DNA of 64,000 nt from Chrysomallon squamiferum (GCA_012295275.1 CM022675.1:15376001-15440000); one strand, 5' to 3'; positions 1-14,583 are shown, counted from the stretch's first letter. Numbers and translations are program-made. Notes: generated by a model not told the origin, from the letters alone.

Positions 1-1080
1 TTGATAACAAATGCAAATGTTTATCGAAATAGTTTGTGTTTAGTAGAGATCGCACTATGACAAGCAGGCAAATATTAATGGAAACAAAACACAAATATAT
101 AAAATACGAGCGAAGGGTAAAACAGAATTATTTCCGTATCGAAGGTAAGATGTCTAGTTATTTAAGGAAAAATAATCCAAACGAGTTTATAGTCCAGTCT
201 CTGAGAAAAGTTCAATGTTCAAATCTGAAATCTAAGAAGTCTGTTGGTGGAGATAACGTACTTAATGAATATTTTATTATGTTTAAAAACGTTTTCTTAC
301 CTGTGCTAGTCCGTTTAATGTCATTTTTGACAGTGATCATTTCCCATCCATTGTATAAAAAGAGTAATTCTAACGATGTAAATAATTATAGAGGAATTAC
401 TTTTTAATTGCTGGAAAAGATTTTTACCGCAGTTTTAAATAATAGATGTCAGATAAAAATACCATTGTTACTGATGCATAGTTTGGTTTAAAACCTGGAT
501 AAAGTACAATCTTTACACTCCAAACTATTACACAGAAGTTTTTTCAAATAAAAAGAAATTATATTGTTCTACTGAATATTACCGCAAAACATTGACAGTG
601 TCACACGCAGATACAAACTATTATTTAAGTTAACAATATCTGCTATCACTGAGAAATTGTGTAGTATTATAAAATCATGCGTCGAGTTTCAGTGTCAGTT
701 TTCACACGTCTTCGATTGTAATGTCTGTTTGATGCAAAGTGAAGCACTATCGCCGTTTTCTTTTCTATATATATAAATGATTTTGAAAATTAATTAAGTA
801 AGTGTTTTTGCGAACCCATATATTTACTAGATATTTCTTTATAGGTGTTCTGAAACAGCTGTGGTTTTTCAAAAAAATGATTGCTATATTGTATATATGC
901 AGTACTGAATGGAATCTCAATGTCAACATTGAGAAGACTAAAATTGTTGTATTTAGAAATAGTGAGAAACTGTCTTCTAAAGAAAAATGGGTATATAATA
1001 ATAAATTTATTGAAGTGGTTGCCTCTTTTAACTATCTTGGATTAACATTAAATTTTAAAGTCACAAAACACAGATAATCA
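1..1080 (+). mobile_element. Degenerate non-LTR retrotransposon reverse-transcriptase fragment (RTE-X/L2-like)
   Basis: ORF pieces LYKKSNSNDVNNYRGITF (pre-RT 'KKG...NYRGI' motif) and WNLNVNIEKTKIVVFR...IEVVASFNYLG (late RT 'W.L.VN..KTK...YLG' motif). Many frameshifts and stops. Confidence 0.75.
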
Positions 1081-1109
1081 CATCTGAAGGTGGGAAATAT
1101 ATGTGGCAT

Positions 1110-4100
1110 TGTCACGGAATTCAGATCGCTTAACTTTAACTGTTACTTCAAATCACATCCGCTCTTTTATTTTTAAGCTATGGAATTGAAATTGCATAAC
1201 TTTAATTAGTACTGCAATGACACCCACGCTTTTTATTGTTTCCGCCAATTTTTCAGTCCATGGCGTTGTTATAAAAAGACTAGCAGTTTGATCTTCTGTT
1301 GCGACAGACACGCCCGCTGACCTGTCAGAAAGCGTGCCCGTCGTAGACGTGCTTCACAACAGCTTGCTCTGATTAGCACGTTAATTTTTTCAAGGTTCTA
1401 TCAGCTGTCTGTCAACATAACCTGTTAGTAAACTGATGTGACAAAATCTACTTTTCCTAACCCTATCAGGAGTGTTTATCACTCGTTTGAGCACGACGTA
1501 GGGACCGAAATATCTCTTCAGCAATGAATCCCTTTAAAGGCACAGCAGCAACTTATCCCCTGGTTTAAATTCTTAGCCTTTTTGTGAAAAACTAACTTCA
1601 TTTTGCTCTGAGCATAGCTTTTTCGGTCGGCTGCTACAATCTATATCTAACTCTCCCTACATATGTAAGCAAGCTTTCGGAATTAGCCTGGTCATTTATC
1701 AATTTGAGGGGGCCTGGGCCTGATTACCAATAGACCAAGTCAAATGGGGTGAATCCTAAGGATTCTTGTTCCACAACCCGTGCTGCGAACAAATGAAAGA
1801 AACTGACTCGTTCCAGGCAGCATCATTGTCTAAACAATGGCAGCGGAGCATATTTTTCATGCTCTGGTGGAAACGTTCTGACGCGCACTGGCGATCAGGG
1901 TGGAACGCCACTGAACGAATCTGCCGTTCATTTAACATAACCCCAGAACCTGCTGGATCAACTTACTCAGAAAGTTAGCACCCTGGTTCCTAAAAATATT
2001 CACATAGTAATCGTGTATTCGTGAAGAATTTAAACGGGTGCAGTGACTTTATGTAAGGGAATCACCTTTGGAAAATATGTAGTTAAGCATAGAGTTGTTG
2101 TTAGAACGCATTTTTGGTAAAGGCCCCACTACATCCTTTTATGAAAAGGCTTCCCCAATTATGGGAACTTTCTGTAGAGGGTAGGAAGGAATTAGCTGAT
2201 TTAGTTTACCTAGAACCTGACACACAATGCTTACATCGGCAAACATTCCTTTCCAAAAAAACTCTGAAGCTAATTTACTATGAGTCTTATTCCTGTCTAA
2301 GTAGCCAACATTAGCAATGCTGGACAGTCCTTCGAGGGATCCACAATTGTACATCTTGTCACACATTCCTGACTATCAGGCACAGTAACTTCTCCACACT
2401 CTTATTCATTAACATTCCATTTTCCATATAATAACCCGACAACTGATCGTCCATCTCCTTAATTAACACTGCAATGCGAGCTACCAACAAATCTAGAATT
2501 AACTGTTATCTATGACAAGGTAAGGCCCCTTTCTTGAACACAGCTGGTTCATTAACCATCGGCGGTTCCACCACATTTAGTTCTTATGATTTTACTGATA
2601 GCCTCATTCACTCCATTTTCATGGTTCACATACGTATCACACAAATCGTAAATATTCTCATGCTATCCTTCTGGTCATAGCCCCAAAGTACCTTATGTAA
2701 CCGGACAACTATATTCTCCCCAGTAACCGAGCTGAAGGCCATATCACATCCTGTATCCGAATTCTCAAAACAAAGTATTGAATTTACGAGGGACTGGCTA
2801 CACCCTCCCGGTAAACTGATATTGCCTTCGGATTCAACTCCTGATTCGCATCACAGACCATACCAGTGGATACATATATATTTACGTTTTCTCACGTCGG
2901 TCTATTCAGTTAATTTTAGTTGAGCTGACCTCATTAAATCGAGTACTTGGGCATTATTGCGTTTTCTTATAAAACAGACCCCTGTGACAAGGATCTCCCC
3001 ATTATAGTTACTACAAGGGGACTTTTCCTATATATGCATCAAATGCTATTGCTGATAATGATGATTTATCCTTACTCTGCCCACCAAATTCCTTCCTTGT
3101 CTGACTAGCTGACCAATTAGATGAACCTTCCCGATAGTTACTTTCCCGAGAAAAGCGGGCTGAAAATTCCTCATACTGTACTGCCTGAGCTTTGTGAATT
3201 AAAACACAGTCATCTGCCGTTTTGTGTACTTCCTCTCTCGTTTTGATATCCCGATCCTCTATATGAATACGTAAGCTAACTGGTTAACCATTTTTATACT
3301 CATGTAAAATCAACAATTCCCGTAACTCCATTTATCAAACAATCTTGATTTCTTAGCCACGACCTCGTTCTAAGACTGACCCTGTGTTTTCTTTAATTCT
3401 CTATTCTGTAAACGATAATACTGAGGTCGCAACTCATACGCTCGTATTACTGCGGACTTTATTAGTCCACACTGACTAGCCATCTCATCACTCAGTTACA
3501 GACTAAGCTAGCCTTTCCCTTAAATCTCGACACAGCTAACAATGTTCATTTAGACTGGCAAATTTAGTTGCTTCCTGACCCGTTCAAAAAGTTGGAAGAA
3601 CATATCTGAATCTAAGGAAAAAAGTCACAGAAAAAAAATAAAAAACACTTTAAAATAAGTCACAATTTTTAATTAAGAAATATATTAGCAATGAAAGACA
3701 AATTAAACATATTTTGTCAGAGTTTTTTGTTAATGTTTTTTTTATTTTAATGTTGATGGTTTAGGCAATTACCACCCTTATTGCTATGAATAACTTCCAC
3801 ATTAAACATACTTCTGATACTAGAGCAAAGCTGGAGAATATATAGTGAAACACATTTTAACCTGGGACATTTTATAAATCATTTACTATAGGAAGCCCTT
3901 AGTTTAAACCTATCCTAATCAGTAAGCTTTTATAAAATGTGTTTCACTATATAATCTCCAGCTTGTATCAGAAGTATGTTAAATATGGAAATTATTCATA
4001 GCAATAAGGGTGATAACAAAATCTGTTGTGAGGGGTTCATGTATACCAAACATACAACTCACAAAACAAAGCTGTGGCACAAAAGATCTAGTTGTAATTG

Positions 4101-4830
4101 GCAAAATTTCTATTGGGTGGAATATCCGTCTAAACCACTAATATTAAAATAAAAAAATATTAACAAAAAACCTCTGTTTAATCTATCTTTCATTTCTTAT
4201 ATATTTCTTAATCTTAATTAAAAATTGTGACTTTTTCCTGTTACATTTTTTCCTAGAGTCCACATATCTACCACAAGGTTTCCAATACAGACACTGATTT
4301 ATAAGCCTCAGATATGTTAAAATTACCATTACCTGCAACACTATTTTCCCTTGCCTGTCGCCTAGCCTTCTTCGCATTCAACTTTAACTTACGTTCCCTT
4401 TCTAACGCCCTCTCTTCTATACCCTATCTTCTCTTTCTATTTCTCTGATTTCTCTCTCTCTCTTTTTCTGTCTTTATCTAATGCACGTTTTTCTTTTTCG
4501 TATTCTCACTCAACTTATTTATCGCTATCTCTCGAACAGTCTCACTTTCTACCATTCACTTCTTGAATAATAATTTCCCTTATCTCGCCTATGTTATAAC
4601 AATTTCTCGCTCACCCGCGATTTCAACTAATTCGGCCTTACGTGCTAGCCTTATGTGCCCTACGTTGAAAGAATCCAGAACATTCTTATCCATTTATATA
4701 CAGCGTGCTTTTTCGCTCTAGTGAACTGCAATAAAAATGTTTTAGAAGTACACATTTCAATTAGGTATGTCTCCTTTTCAGATCCCCGAACATGGCCTCA
4801 TTTTTTTTTTCTGTCACGGGAATTCTATTC
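1110..4830 (-). mobile_element. Decayed Gypsy LTR retrotransposon, Gmr1-like (gag-protease-integrase, no RT seen)
   Basis: Integrase core AFHPDRQCASERFHQSMKNMLR (1756-1938). Integrase Zn region GYLDRNKT...EFFWKGMFADV...GKLNQ.IP..PLQ.VP (2139-2366). Protease-like DTG near 2750-2760. Gag-like IKSAVIRAYELRPQYYR near 3400-3465. Matching LTR-end-like tgtcacgg(g)aattc at 1110 and 4812. Just inside the 4812 end lies a degenerate tRNA-Pro-type PBS (minus strand tgaggccatgttcggggatc). Confidence 0.75.
3615..4179. mobile_element. Foldback/MITE insertion within Gypsy gag
   Basis: Long inverted arms: 3718-3765 pairs with 4129-4176, and 3771-3860 pairs with about 3930-4017. Flanked by the direct repeat AATCTA (3609-3614 and 4180-4185). 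Confidence 0.7.
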
Positions 4831-4959
4831 AGCAATAAATATGTATCTCTGTCTCGGGCAATAAGCTTGGAAGAGAAGCTGTGACGAATATTCACGTACG
4901 GATTGTGCTTTGCTGAGTGGAATTCAGAAACAAACGATACTGTATCATTTACTATATTT

Positions 4960-7900
4960 ATTTATTTTTAGATTCTTATTTATATTATTTGAAGCTATTT
5001 TTATCATTGTTACCCTTATTACTTTTCTTTTTTCTTTTTTACTGTTTGTTCTTCTTTTCTCTTTACCTCGGTCTCAAAGTAAGTTACGATAGCTTTAGAC
5101 TTTATAAAATTAATATAGACTTGTCTATATATTTAGAATCGAACTATTTAAAAAAAAACAACATTACACTACATACAACACTCAATGGCAATCAAACACA
5201 CGAAAACAGACATCACCGTCTCTGATAACTCAAATATGGAAACCAGAGTTCCAAAACGACCGAGGGACAGGAGCCCTAACTCCGAAGAAGAAAACAAATG
5301 TAACAGGAGACAAAAACAATGAAACGACAACACACACATTCTGATTCAGAGGAAACAGCAGAACAAAAAATCATAAATTGAAACCTTCACATATTAGCAA
5401 GCCTACGCGACATCGAAACCGAAAACGAAAGCGATACAAACATTTGGAAAACAATGAGAAGGAAAAATTGAACGCCGAGCTACCATTGCGATCCACAAAA
5501 AAAATACACGCAGATATCGAAAAAAAAGTTGCTTTTTTTGTTAGAAGCACAAATACATATCATCGACAAAACAACCAAAGTAAACAAAAACCAAAATGCA
5601 CACGAAATATATTTTGAAATAGATTCAAAATCATTAAAAACTATAGGTCCCAGCATAACTATCTGGGTTGAAGTATTTCTTGTCAGGGTATTATCAAAAA
5701 TAATCCCTGACACCCAACAAACAAAGAAAACACCACAACCCAGAAAAACACTAATGTCTGAGATGTTTAACAAAGAAATACTACAACAAACAAAAGCTAA
5801 ACTAGTCGGTGTGGAAATGTGGAAACATCCAAGCTACTGGACCACACTGACGTTTAGCAGCAGATTAACCAACACAACCATCACCACTGATGGGTACAGA
5901 TACACACTGTCAGAAATGGGGGCACATCTCAAACCAGTGCACCCACAGACACAACCCGAAATCACTAACATGCAGTTTCTGCAGTGGGAATCACCACAGA
6001 AACTCAGGACAATGCCATTCTCTGGCAAAGTGCGCGAACTGTCAGGGTCCACATGCATCACACTACAAAATGTGTCCATCGAAAATAACAGCGAGAAACA
6101 ACTTTGAACACAACAGACGAGAAAACAAAATTTTACGCAACGTGAACAAAAAATGCCAAAAAAATAGAAGAAAAAACCAAAACTATCACTGAAAAAAAAA
6201 TCGGCCACCACAACAAGAAACCAAAATACAACCTAGACAAGGAGGTCAGAATTGCAGAAATACACAAAATTATTGGTTGCCTCCTCATCGAACTTCAAAA
6301 CATCAGAAACAAACAAGGAAACATCACAGACGATTCCAATTTGGACCACAATAATCGAAGACAGCTTGGGCTTCAAGATCCCCACAGACGACAAAAGTCT
6401 TAAATTACACACATACAAGAGAAATCCCACAAACACAAAACAGCATACCATGAACAAAAAAACACCAAACAGTACCAACCATTTACACACATTTCACAAC
6501 AAGCACACAATAACATAGGCTTCTCCACTCTTCACAACAAGCACACAATAACACAGGCCTCTCCATTCTTCAATGGAACACTAAACGCCTCCACTCAGCA
6601 GGCCACGGAGACGAGCTCGTACACTTCTTGGCCTCCACTAGAAACACACCAGGCGTAATATGTATACAAGAAACATGGCTAGGTCACTACAACAAAAACA
6701 ACAAAACAACAAAAACATTTAAGGTCCCCTGGTATCATAGTCACTACGTTGACAGATTCACCAGTACCCGGGGAGGCATCATGACACTCGTCAAACAAGA
6801 CATTCCACACACCAAGCTGAACCAAGCCAAAGTTCACGCCAACATTGAAATACTAAGTTATCACAATACACAACAACAATCAAAACATCGACATAATTAA
6901 CATATACAGCCCATCCACTCCCGTACTACACACCATCCAAACCCACGACTTAAACAAAATGATAACAACAAACAACAAGCTCATTATAGTGGGCGATTTC
7001 AACTGTCACAACACCTTATGGGGTGGTTCGACAGACGACAGCCCAGGAATCGTCCTCGAAACCTTCATAGAGCAAAACCAGCTGGTCTGTTTGAACGACG
7101 TAACACTCACATACACCAGCGACATCAATGGTGGCCAATCCGCCATTGATGTAACATTAACAAGTAAGGACATCGCAGCGCTCTCCGAATGGCAAGTGCT
7201 CGGTGAGCTAAACAGCGACCACCACCCAATACTCACCAACTACAACAGCAAGAACACTTTCTCGGACAGATCAATTTTCACACCCAAATGGAATTTCAAC
7301 AAAGCAGACTGGGAAGGCTTCTACAAAGTATGCAGAAACATCACCATACAAAACCCCAACGACATCGACACCTACTGCGCATCGCTCACCAACACGATAC
7401 ACTCCATTGCAAACAAATTCATACCCAAAACCAGAAAATGCACTTGGCAAAATATCCACTCCCTGGTGGACGGAACTCAAAGAAAAGAAATGCAAAGAAA
7501 GAAACAAATTCAGAAGACAATACAGAAAAGACAGAAATCATCCTACATACGAAAAATACAAAATAGCAAAAAAAGAAGTTTCCAACCTAATTCTCAACGC
7601 AAAATAAGAACACTGGGAACTCTTTTGCAACAACACCGACCACAAAATATCAGCCAAAGTGAAAAACATCCAAGACAAAAAAAACCCCACAAAACCCCAC
7701 AAAATCGTTAAAAACAACATCGTTAAAAGCAGCATATCGAAATTCCCACTGAAATTCACAAAGAAACCACTGGACAACCTAACAATCGACGAACATTTCG
7801 AAGACACAGAACACATGAAATACAATCAGCTTCAACATCAGCAAATTAAAACATGCCCTCAAAAACAAGAAAAGTACAGCCACGGGGCCAGATAAAATAA

Positions 7901-10337
7901 GCTACACAATACTACAACACCTACCAGACAAAACACTACTAATCTTACTCGACCTCTACAACACAATATGGACCGCAGCAAGATTCCAACAAACTAGAAA
8001 AACGCCGAATGTTTCAGCTTGCCAAAACCACACAAAGATCACTCACTACCCAACAGCTATAGACCGATCACGCTGACGTCACACATGTGCAAAACACTGG
8101 AAACGATGATCAACACATGCCTGACCCAGCATCTAAACGACAACAATTTAATCAGCAAACATCAAAGCGGCTTCAGGAAGAAATACAGTATAAACGACCA
8201 GATCACCCACCTGCAAACATGAATCAACCAATCTTTTAGGAAATCAAAAAAGTCATCGCAGTATTCATAGACATTGAAAAAGCCTTCGACATTGTATGGA
8301 AGGAAGGATTGCTCGTCAAATTAATCAACAACAACATCAAAGACTTCATTAAAGACTTCATCAACAACAGAACCATAGCAGTCAAAGTGAACGGTCACAC
8401 CTCCGAGAAAACGATAATCGAAAACAGAATCCCACAAGGATCCGTGATGTCGCCAACATTCTTCAACATTTACATCAACGACATCGTCACAGCACTCGAC
8501 AAGCGAGACAACGCCAAAATTCCACCAACCGAACCATTAAACACAGCACTCAGCACTCTTTTGGTATGCAGGCAGATCGATCGCAGCAATACAGGAAAAA
8601 ATACAAAAATAACTAAATAACGTAAACGACTGGGCGTTGAAATGGGGCATAAAGACTTCTCTTTCCAAAACGACACGACTCCTTTTCAACACAAAAACCA
8701 AGAAAAAAAAATCACACTAAACATCGACAACAACGTCATAACCCAAACCAAAACATTCAAATTCGAAAGTCAACTCAACTTCGGATGCCACATACACAAC
8801 ATAACTGCATCCTGCAAAAAAAACACTCAATCTTCTAAAACTAATTTTCGGAACCAGTTGGGGAGCAATCGAGCCAAGGCTAATTTTGATATACAAAGCG
8901 TGTATTCTCTCCAAGCTCGACTACGGAGCCACGGCTTACTCTAATGTTCCCGAACACTGTTTAAAAAAACTAGACGTAATTCAATCCAGCGCCCTTAGAG
9001 TGATCGGCCACCTGCCAAACACAACACCATCCGACAGCCTCCTGTCGGAATACAGCATCCAACCACTAAAATACAGAAGAAAGCTGCAGCTACTGAAATA
9101 CAACCTGAAAATACACGCCCTCAACACAGACCACCCCGTCCCCGACCAACAAAGAATAGGGCAACCCTTTAAATCGCATAGTCTACTACTATCAAATTTC
9201 CTGACAAAAGCCAGCGAAATCGAAAGGGAAACAGGAATAGGGGAAATGCCACTGCCGGCATACCACAAAGAAACAAAACCAGCAATAAAGACACCTTTCC
9301 TAATCAAAACAAAAACAGACAAAACAGAGTTCCCACCCTAAAAAAAAGCCATATTTCTAGTAGCAGCAAACGACCACTACAAACAACACACGCACATCTA
9401 AACCGGCGGATCCAAAAACCCAGGAAACGGGAGGGTAGGATTCGCCTTCATAGCCCAAGATCACACAAACAAACCCACATGCATACAATTCGGCCGTATC
9501 AGAAATCACCTTTCGGTATACACGCCCGAACTGGTCGCCATCATCAGAGCCATGCTGTAGGTGAAACACAACAACAACAACAAACAGTCATATTCTCGGA
9601 CAGCCTAAGTTCCGTCACCTCCATACAATCCGGACATTCCAGCTGACCAGACCGACTCAACAAAATATTACATCTACACGAAGACACACAACACAACAAC
9701 AAACAACTAAACATCGAGTGGCTAAGCACATGTCGGCATCATCGGCAATGAACTTGCCGACCATTACGCCAATAATCACTGAGTATCAAACTTAAATGCA
9801 GTCCGATTCAAATATCACAACAAAACATCACCCAACTGCAGCTGTGGACTCTCCGAAACCATGAAACACTACTTGTTTCAGTGTCAAAATTTCGCCAAGG
9901 AAAGACAAGCACTACGCAACACATTGGAAGAACTAAAACACCAAAGACAGAACACAAAACACAAACTTTAGACTCTTGGAGTTGAAAATAAGAATTCTTT
10001 TTTTTTTGAAACAAAAACGAACAACAATTGAATGAATTTACTGACTAACAGATTGATTGGTTGAACAGCTGATTGATCCATGGATGGATCGACTGATTGA
10101 CGGATCAGTTTGAATAGCCAATTAAATTAATAATTAAAAAAAAAATAAAAAGTAAAAAATAAAAAATATACGCACTTACTTTCAGACCATACTAACCCCG
10201 TTATCGGAATTCAAAAAATGTACATAAATGTAAATAAGTTAGCTACGTTCATGTTCTTATTCTTTTTAGTTTCAGGTGTTTATAGCATCTTCAAAATCAA
10301 TAAAAAGACCATTGTCAAACATAAAAACAAAAAATAG
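4960..10337 (+). mobile_element. Near full-length decayed I/Nimb-clade LINE (ORF1 zinc knuckles; ORF2 APE-RT-RNase H)
   Basis: ORF1 knuckles CQKWGHISNQC, CSFCSGNH, CANCQGPHASHYKMC (5890-6192). APE motifs ICIQETW, IIVGDFNCH, SAIDVT, SDHHPI (6628-7240). RT motifs SYRPITLTS, HQSGFR, PQGSVMSPTFFNIYINDI, IYKACILSKLDYG. RNase H-like IFSDSLS and HVGIIGNELAD near 9590-9765. AATAAA at about 10299 followed by a decayed A-tail. Numerous frameshifts. Confidence 0.85.
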
Positions 10338-11599
10338 TTTGGAATTGTTGGACCAGAGGGAAACAAACAGAAAGAACAAGGAAACAAGATTCTTATTTCT
10401 ATTATTTCTATTTGTTTTATTGTTATCCTTATTATTTTTCTTATTTTTTCCGTTTGTTCTTCTTTTTTCTCCGTTTTTTTCCTACATATTCTCTTTGTCT
10501 TTACTTTCCGGTGTCTTAAATCAATAACATAACTTTCTTATTTCTCTCGGTCTCAAAGTAAGTAACGAAAGTTTAGACCCTTTACAAATTCATATAGACT
10601 TGTCTATACATTTATAATAGAATTTTTAGAAAACAGTTACAATGGTAAATATACATACGAGCGTAAACAACGCCATTTCTGACGATTCAGAAATAGAAAC
10701 TAGAATTCCAAACGTCCAAGGGACAATATCCCTAACTCAGAGTTAAAAAACAAAAGCTATAGGCGACGGAAGAAAAGTAACGACAAAACACACACACTCT
10801 GACTCAGACGAAACAGCTAAACCAAAAATTATCAAAAAAAACCTTCACATATTATAATGTCTACACGACACCGACACAGAGCGCGAGAATGAGAGAGAAA
10901 CAAAAATCTGGGAAACAATAAGAATGAAAAAACAAAACAAATTCAACGCCGCGCTACCAGTACACACATAAAGTCATGGGTTTGGATGGTATGTCGCGCG
11001 GGAGTGGGTGGGCTATATATATTAATTATGTCAATATTTTGGTTGTTGTTGTGTATAAAGATGCTTAATATTTTAATATAGGCATGGACTTTGCCAACTA
11101 AATAGCGACCATCATCCCATATTCAGCAACTACAACAACAAAAACACTTTCTTAGACACACATTTTTACACCCAAATGGAATTTGAATAAAATAGACTGG
11201 GAGGGCTTCTACAAAGCATGAAAAAACATCAACATAAAAAAAACCAACAACATCGACACTTACTGCACATCACTCACCAACACAATACACTCAACTGCAG
11301 TCAAATTTATACCCAAAACGAAAATATGCACTAACAAAATATCCACTCCCTGGTGGACTGAACATATAGAAAGCAAATTATATAAATAGAAATTTAATAG
11401 TTAATTGCTCGAAATAAAATATACAAATAAGTACAATGCATGTGTTTAAGTCCGTTTTCGTTCGTTTTACGTTCATTCACAAGATTCCCCAAGCTATGTT
11501 GGTCAGTTGACATGCAGAACATGTGATGTTCAGATTGTCTTGACTCTTTTGTTTCCATTTTATTGTTTCCTGTTGTAATTTACCCTTTCAGTGTATCAA

Positions 11600-11700
11600 A
11601 ACGAATAAAAGTACACCGGCGAATGCTGCTGTTAAAACGAAACGGAAGACAATAACTTTAGAAACAAAATACGATATCTTAAATGAACACAAAACCCACA
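11600..11700 (+). mobile_element. Possible pogo/Tigger transposase N-terminal remnant
   Basis: Translates AAVKTKRKTITLETKYDILNEH, resembling the CENP-B/pogo N-terminal 'KRK.ITLE.K..I' HTH start. Short, with no continuation. Confidence 0.4.
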
Positions 11701-12041
11701 AAAATTAACCCACAATCAGCGGCATATAATTATTTCTTAATGTATTTATAAAAATGTATTTGTAAATAATTATACTGTTTGTTTAATATCTATGATCTAT
11801 TAAAACATTTATGTTTAAATTGCAGTTTTATTTCTCCTTATTTCTTTTTATGCCAAATTTCAATCGTGAAGAACGTAATCTTAATTCTATGTAAATTAGT
11901 CTCCCGCTTAACGATATCTGTACAAATCTAGAATTTTCTCTTTGATGCTTGTTTAATGAAATGTATTTTTTTTTTTTCTTCTTCTTTTTTTTATGTTGTT
12001 TTTTAACGGAGAGGAAATGTTGATGAATTAGAAATGACCAG

Positions 12042-12072
<31 letters not shown>

Positions 12073-12839
12073 GAAGAAGAAGAAGAAGAAGAAGAAGATC
12101 GATCTCATGACCTGCAACATCTTGGCTGTGATTGGAAAAGTAAATAACAACAAATGAGTAGTGAACGCTTGTTCTTGTTCTGCTTTCGGCTGATGTTACA
12201 TAATCGATTTACAAAAAATGCGCTCCGTCCTGAATGTTAGAATCAGGTGCCAATGTTATGGCAGCAGAAGAAGAATAAAGAAACCAGATTTATGTATATT
12301 GGTAAATAAACCGTTGTCCGTCTATAATCAAAACTTGTATGTACATGAAGCAGCCAAGTTCATTACATACAGAGGTATTTGGCTAGACGAGTTATTTCGA
12401 CGATATGGGAAGACACCGTATTCATACAATATACAACAATGTGGGATCATACCATTTTTTACCTGGGTAACGGGCTGAGGATGAAGTGTGCACCAAACCT
12501 TGACCTGTGTTGTTATAAACTGTGTGACAAATATGCGTATGACTGATGGTATGTATTCAACTGAAGCTGTGGACTTTCTGAAACCATGAAACGTTACTTA
12601 TTTCACTGTCCAATTTTTGCCAAGGAACGACAAACATTACATTGGACAACTAAAAATTGAGTTCACACTTCAAAACATCTTGGCACCAGACATGAAATAC
12701 AGAGAGTTAGTCCTCGCTGCAGTGACAACTTACATTATGAACACAAAATACAAACTTTAAACTCAAGGAGATGAAAGTCTGAGATTCTTATTTTAACACA
12801 ATTACAATCAAACACATCAAGCAAACACACCCTATATAT

Positions 12840-12923
12840 ATCAAGATGTAAATCAGTTAAGTGTTTAAATTTTATATATATATATATATAAAATTTAAAC
12901 ACTTAATTGACTTACATGTTGAT
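12840..12923. repeat. About 84-bp near-perfect palindrome centred on (TA)n
   Basis: atcaagatgtaaatcagttaagtgtttaaattt-(ta)n-aaatttaaacacttaattgacttacatgttgat; 33-bp arms with 3 mismatches. Confidence 0.85.
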
Positions 12924-14498
12924 TAGTTGAGTAGCTGACTGATTTACTGATAGATCCCCCGATCGACGAAATAATGGAATGGCCAATTACAATAAACTTT
13001 AATAAAAAAAAAAATAAAAAAAAAAAAGGTACCCACTTTCAGACTACAGGACTTAATACTAACCTAAAACTGTACATAATAAATGTAAATAAATTAACAA
13101 TTTTCTTATTCTTTTCAGGTGCACAACTTAACTTATCATTTCAGGCTTTAAAAAGAGGAAATAAAAATTAAACAACCTAACATAGGTCAAATGAAAGTTT
13201 GTCAACATTTGTAAATACGTTCAGCACAAATTGACTACTACTGTTTTAATTACTGATGCCGTTCATGTATATATAATATTTTTTAAACCAATAAAAAGAC
13301 CACTGGCAAAAAAAAAAAATCAAAAATATTTGGGAATGGTTGGATGATATAGAAACAGCCAGCAAGGAGAGGAAAATGTCAAGAGCACCCAAGAAGTGAA
13401 CGGCAACTAAGACCGATGATGAAAGCAACAAATCGAACAAATGTATGTATTATTTGCCACTGTTAGTCTGGCTAAGTATAAGACTGGGACATTTTAGAAC
13501 AGTGTGCCTTGTTATCTGTTTATTGTTGTACAGCTACTCAGTCTGTAAAATGTTATGCATAGCGTAAACTCTCAATTTCGATCGTCGCCGTTTATTTACA
13601 TTTAGTCTTTAAAAAAGTTAATTCAAAAGGAAATACGATATCCCTTCACTGAAGATTTCATAAAACCATTAAAAGAAACTGATTTATTAAATTCAGATGC
13701 AGAAAAGATTGGGGTTACTGTTCTCGTTTTAATTATCAAACATTACAATATTGAAAAACAAAACGAAACAAAAGTAAATAAATAAGAATTTAAAAATAAA
13801 ATTCCTCTTTTTAACCCCTAAAAGCTCACCAACTTATTATAAATTGCTTATATTAATACATTTTTATAGACTGTTGTCGCTTTATTATGATCTAGATACT
13901 GGTGATCTTGAACTTTGTATATTTAATACCTCGATTTTAAATCGGCTTTGGTTGTTCTAAATTCTCTGCACTTGACATTTTTACAAAAATAAATAAATAA
14001 ATGAATAAATAATAATAATAATAAAAATACATATATGCTTAAAGTAGGATATGGGAAAACGCCAGCCTAAAACAAATAATTCGCTATATTTTTTCTCGGA
14101 ACCTGGAAACAGCTAAAAGTAAATGCAAATTATTGAGGCCCAGCCAATATTTCAAGATGTTCAAGAAAACACAATAAATCAGAAAATAATCCCAAGTAAC
14201 TGTCTAGTTCACTCAGTCTCTCTTACATTTAGAGAACAGGCGTTTGACTCAAATAAAAGTTACACCTCGTACCCTCTGTGTCGAGATGTTTGTTAATGTA
14301 AAAAAAATGTAATATTAATAAGACTAAACCAGTGCAAACTTCTGGCTTAAATATTCATTTAACAAAAGGTTTTCTAACTAATTATTGTGAACAAATTTTA
14401 CAATGTTTCTAAAAGTTTAGTTTACGTATAATATTACTTTATATACCATTTAACGAAAATATGGTGCTGAAAAACCTTGGAAACATTACGTGATTGCA

Positions 14499-14499
14499 A

Positions 14500-14583
<84 letters not shown>

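Larger units (their letters stand above)
10338..13325 (+). mobile_element. Second, internally deleted and interrupted copy of the same I/Nimb-type LINE
   Basis: 10390-10960 matches 4970-5490 (5'UTR/ORF1 start). 11100-11365 matches 7210-7480. 12565-13120 matches 9838-10275. Ends in AATAAAAAGACCACTGGC plus an A-run at 13290-13320. Confidence 0.8.
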
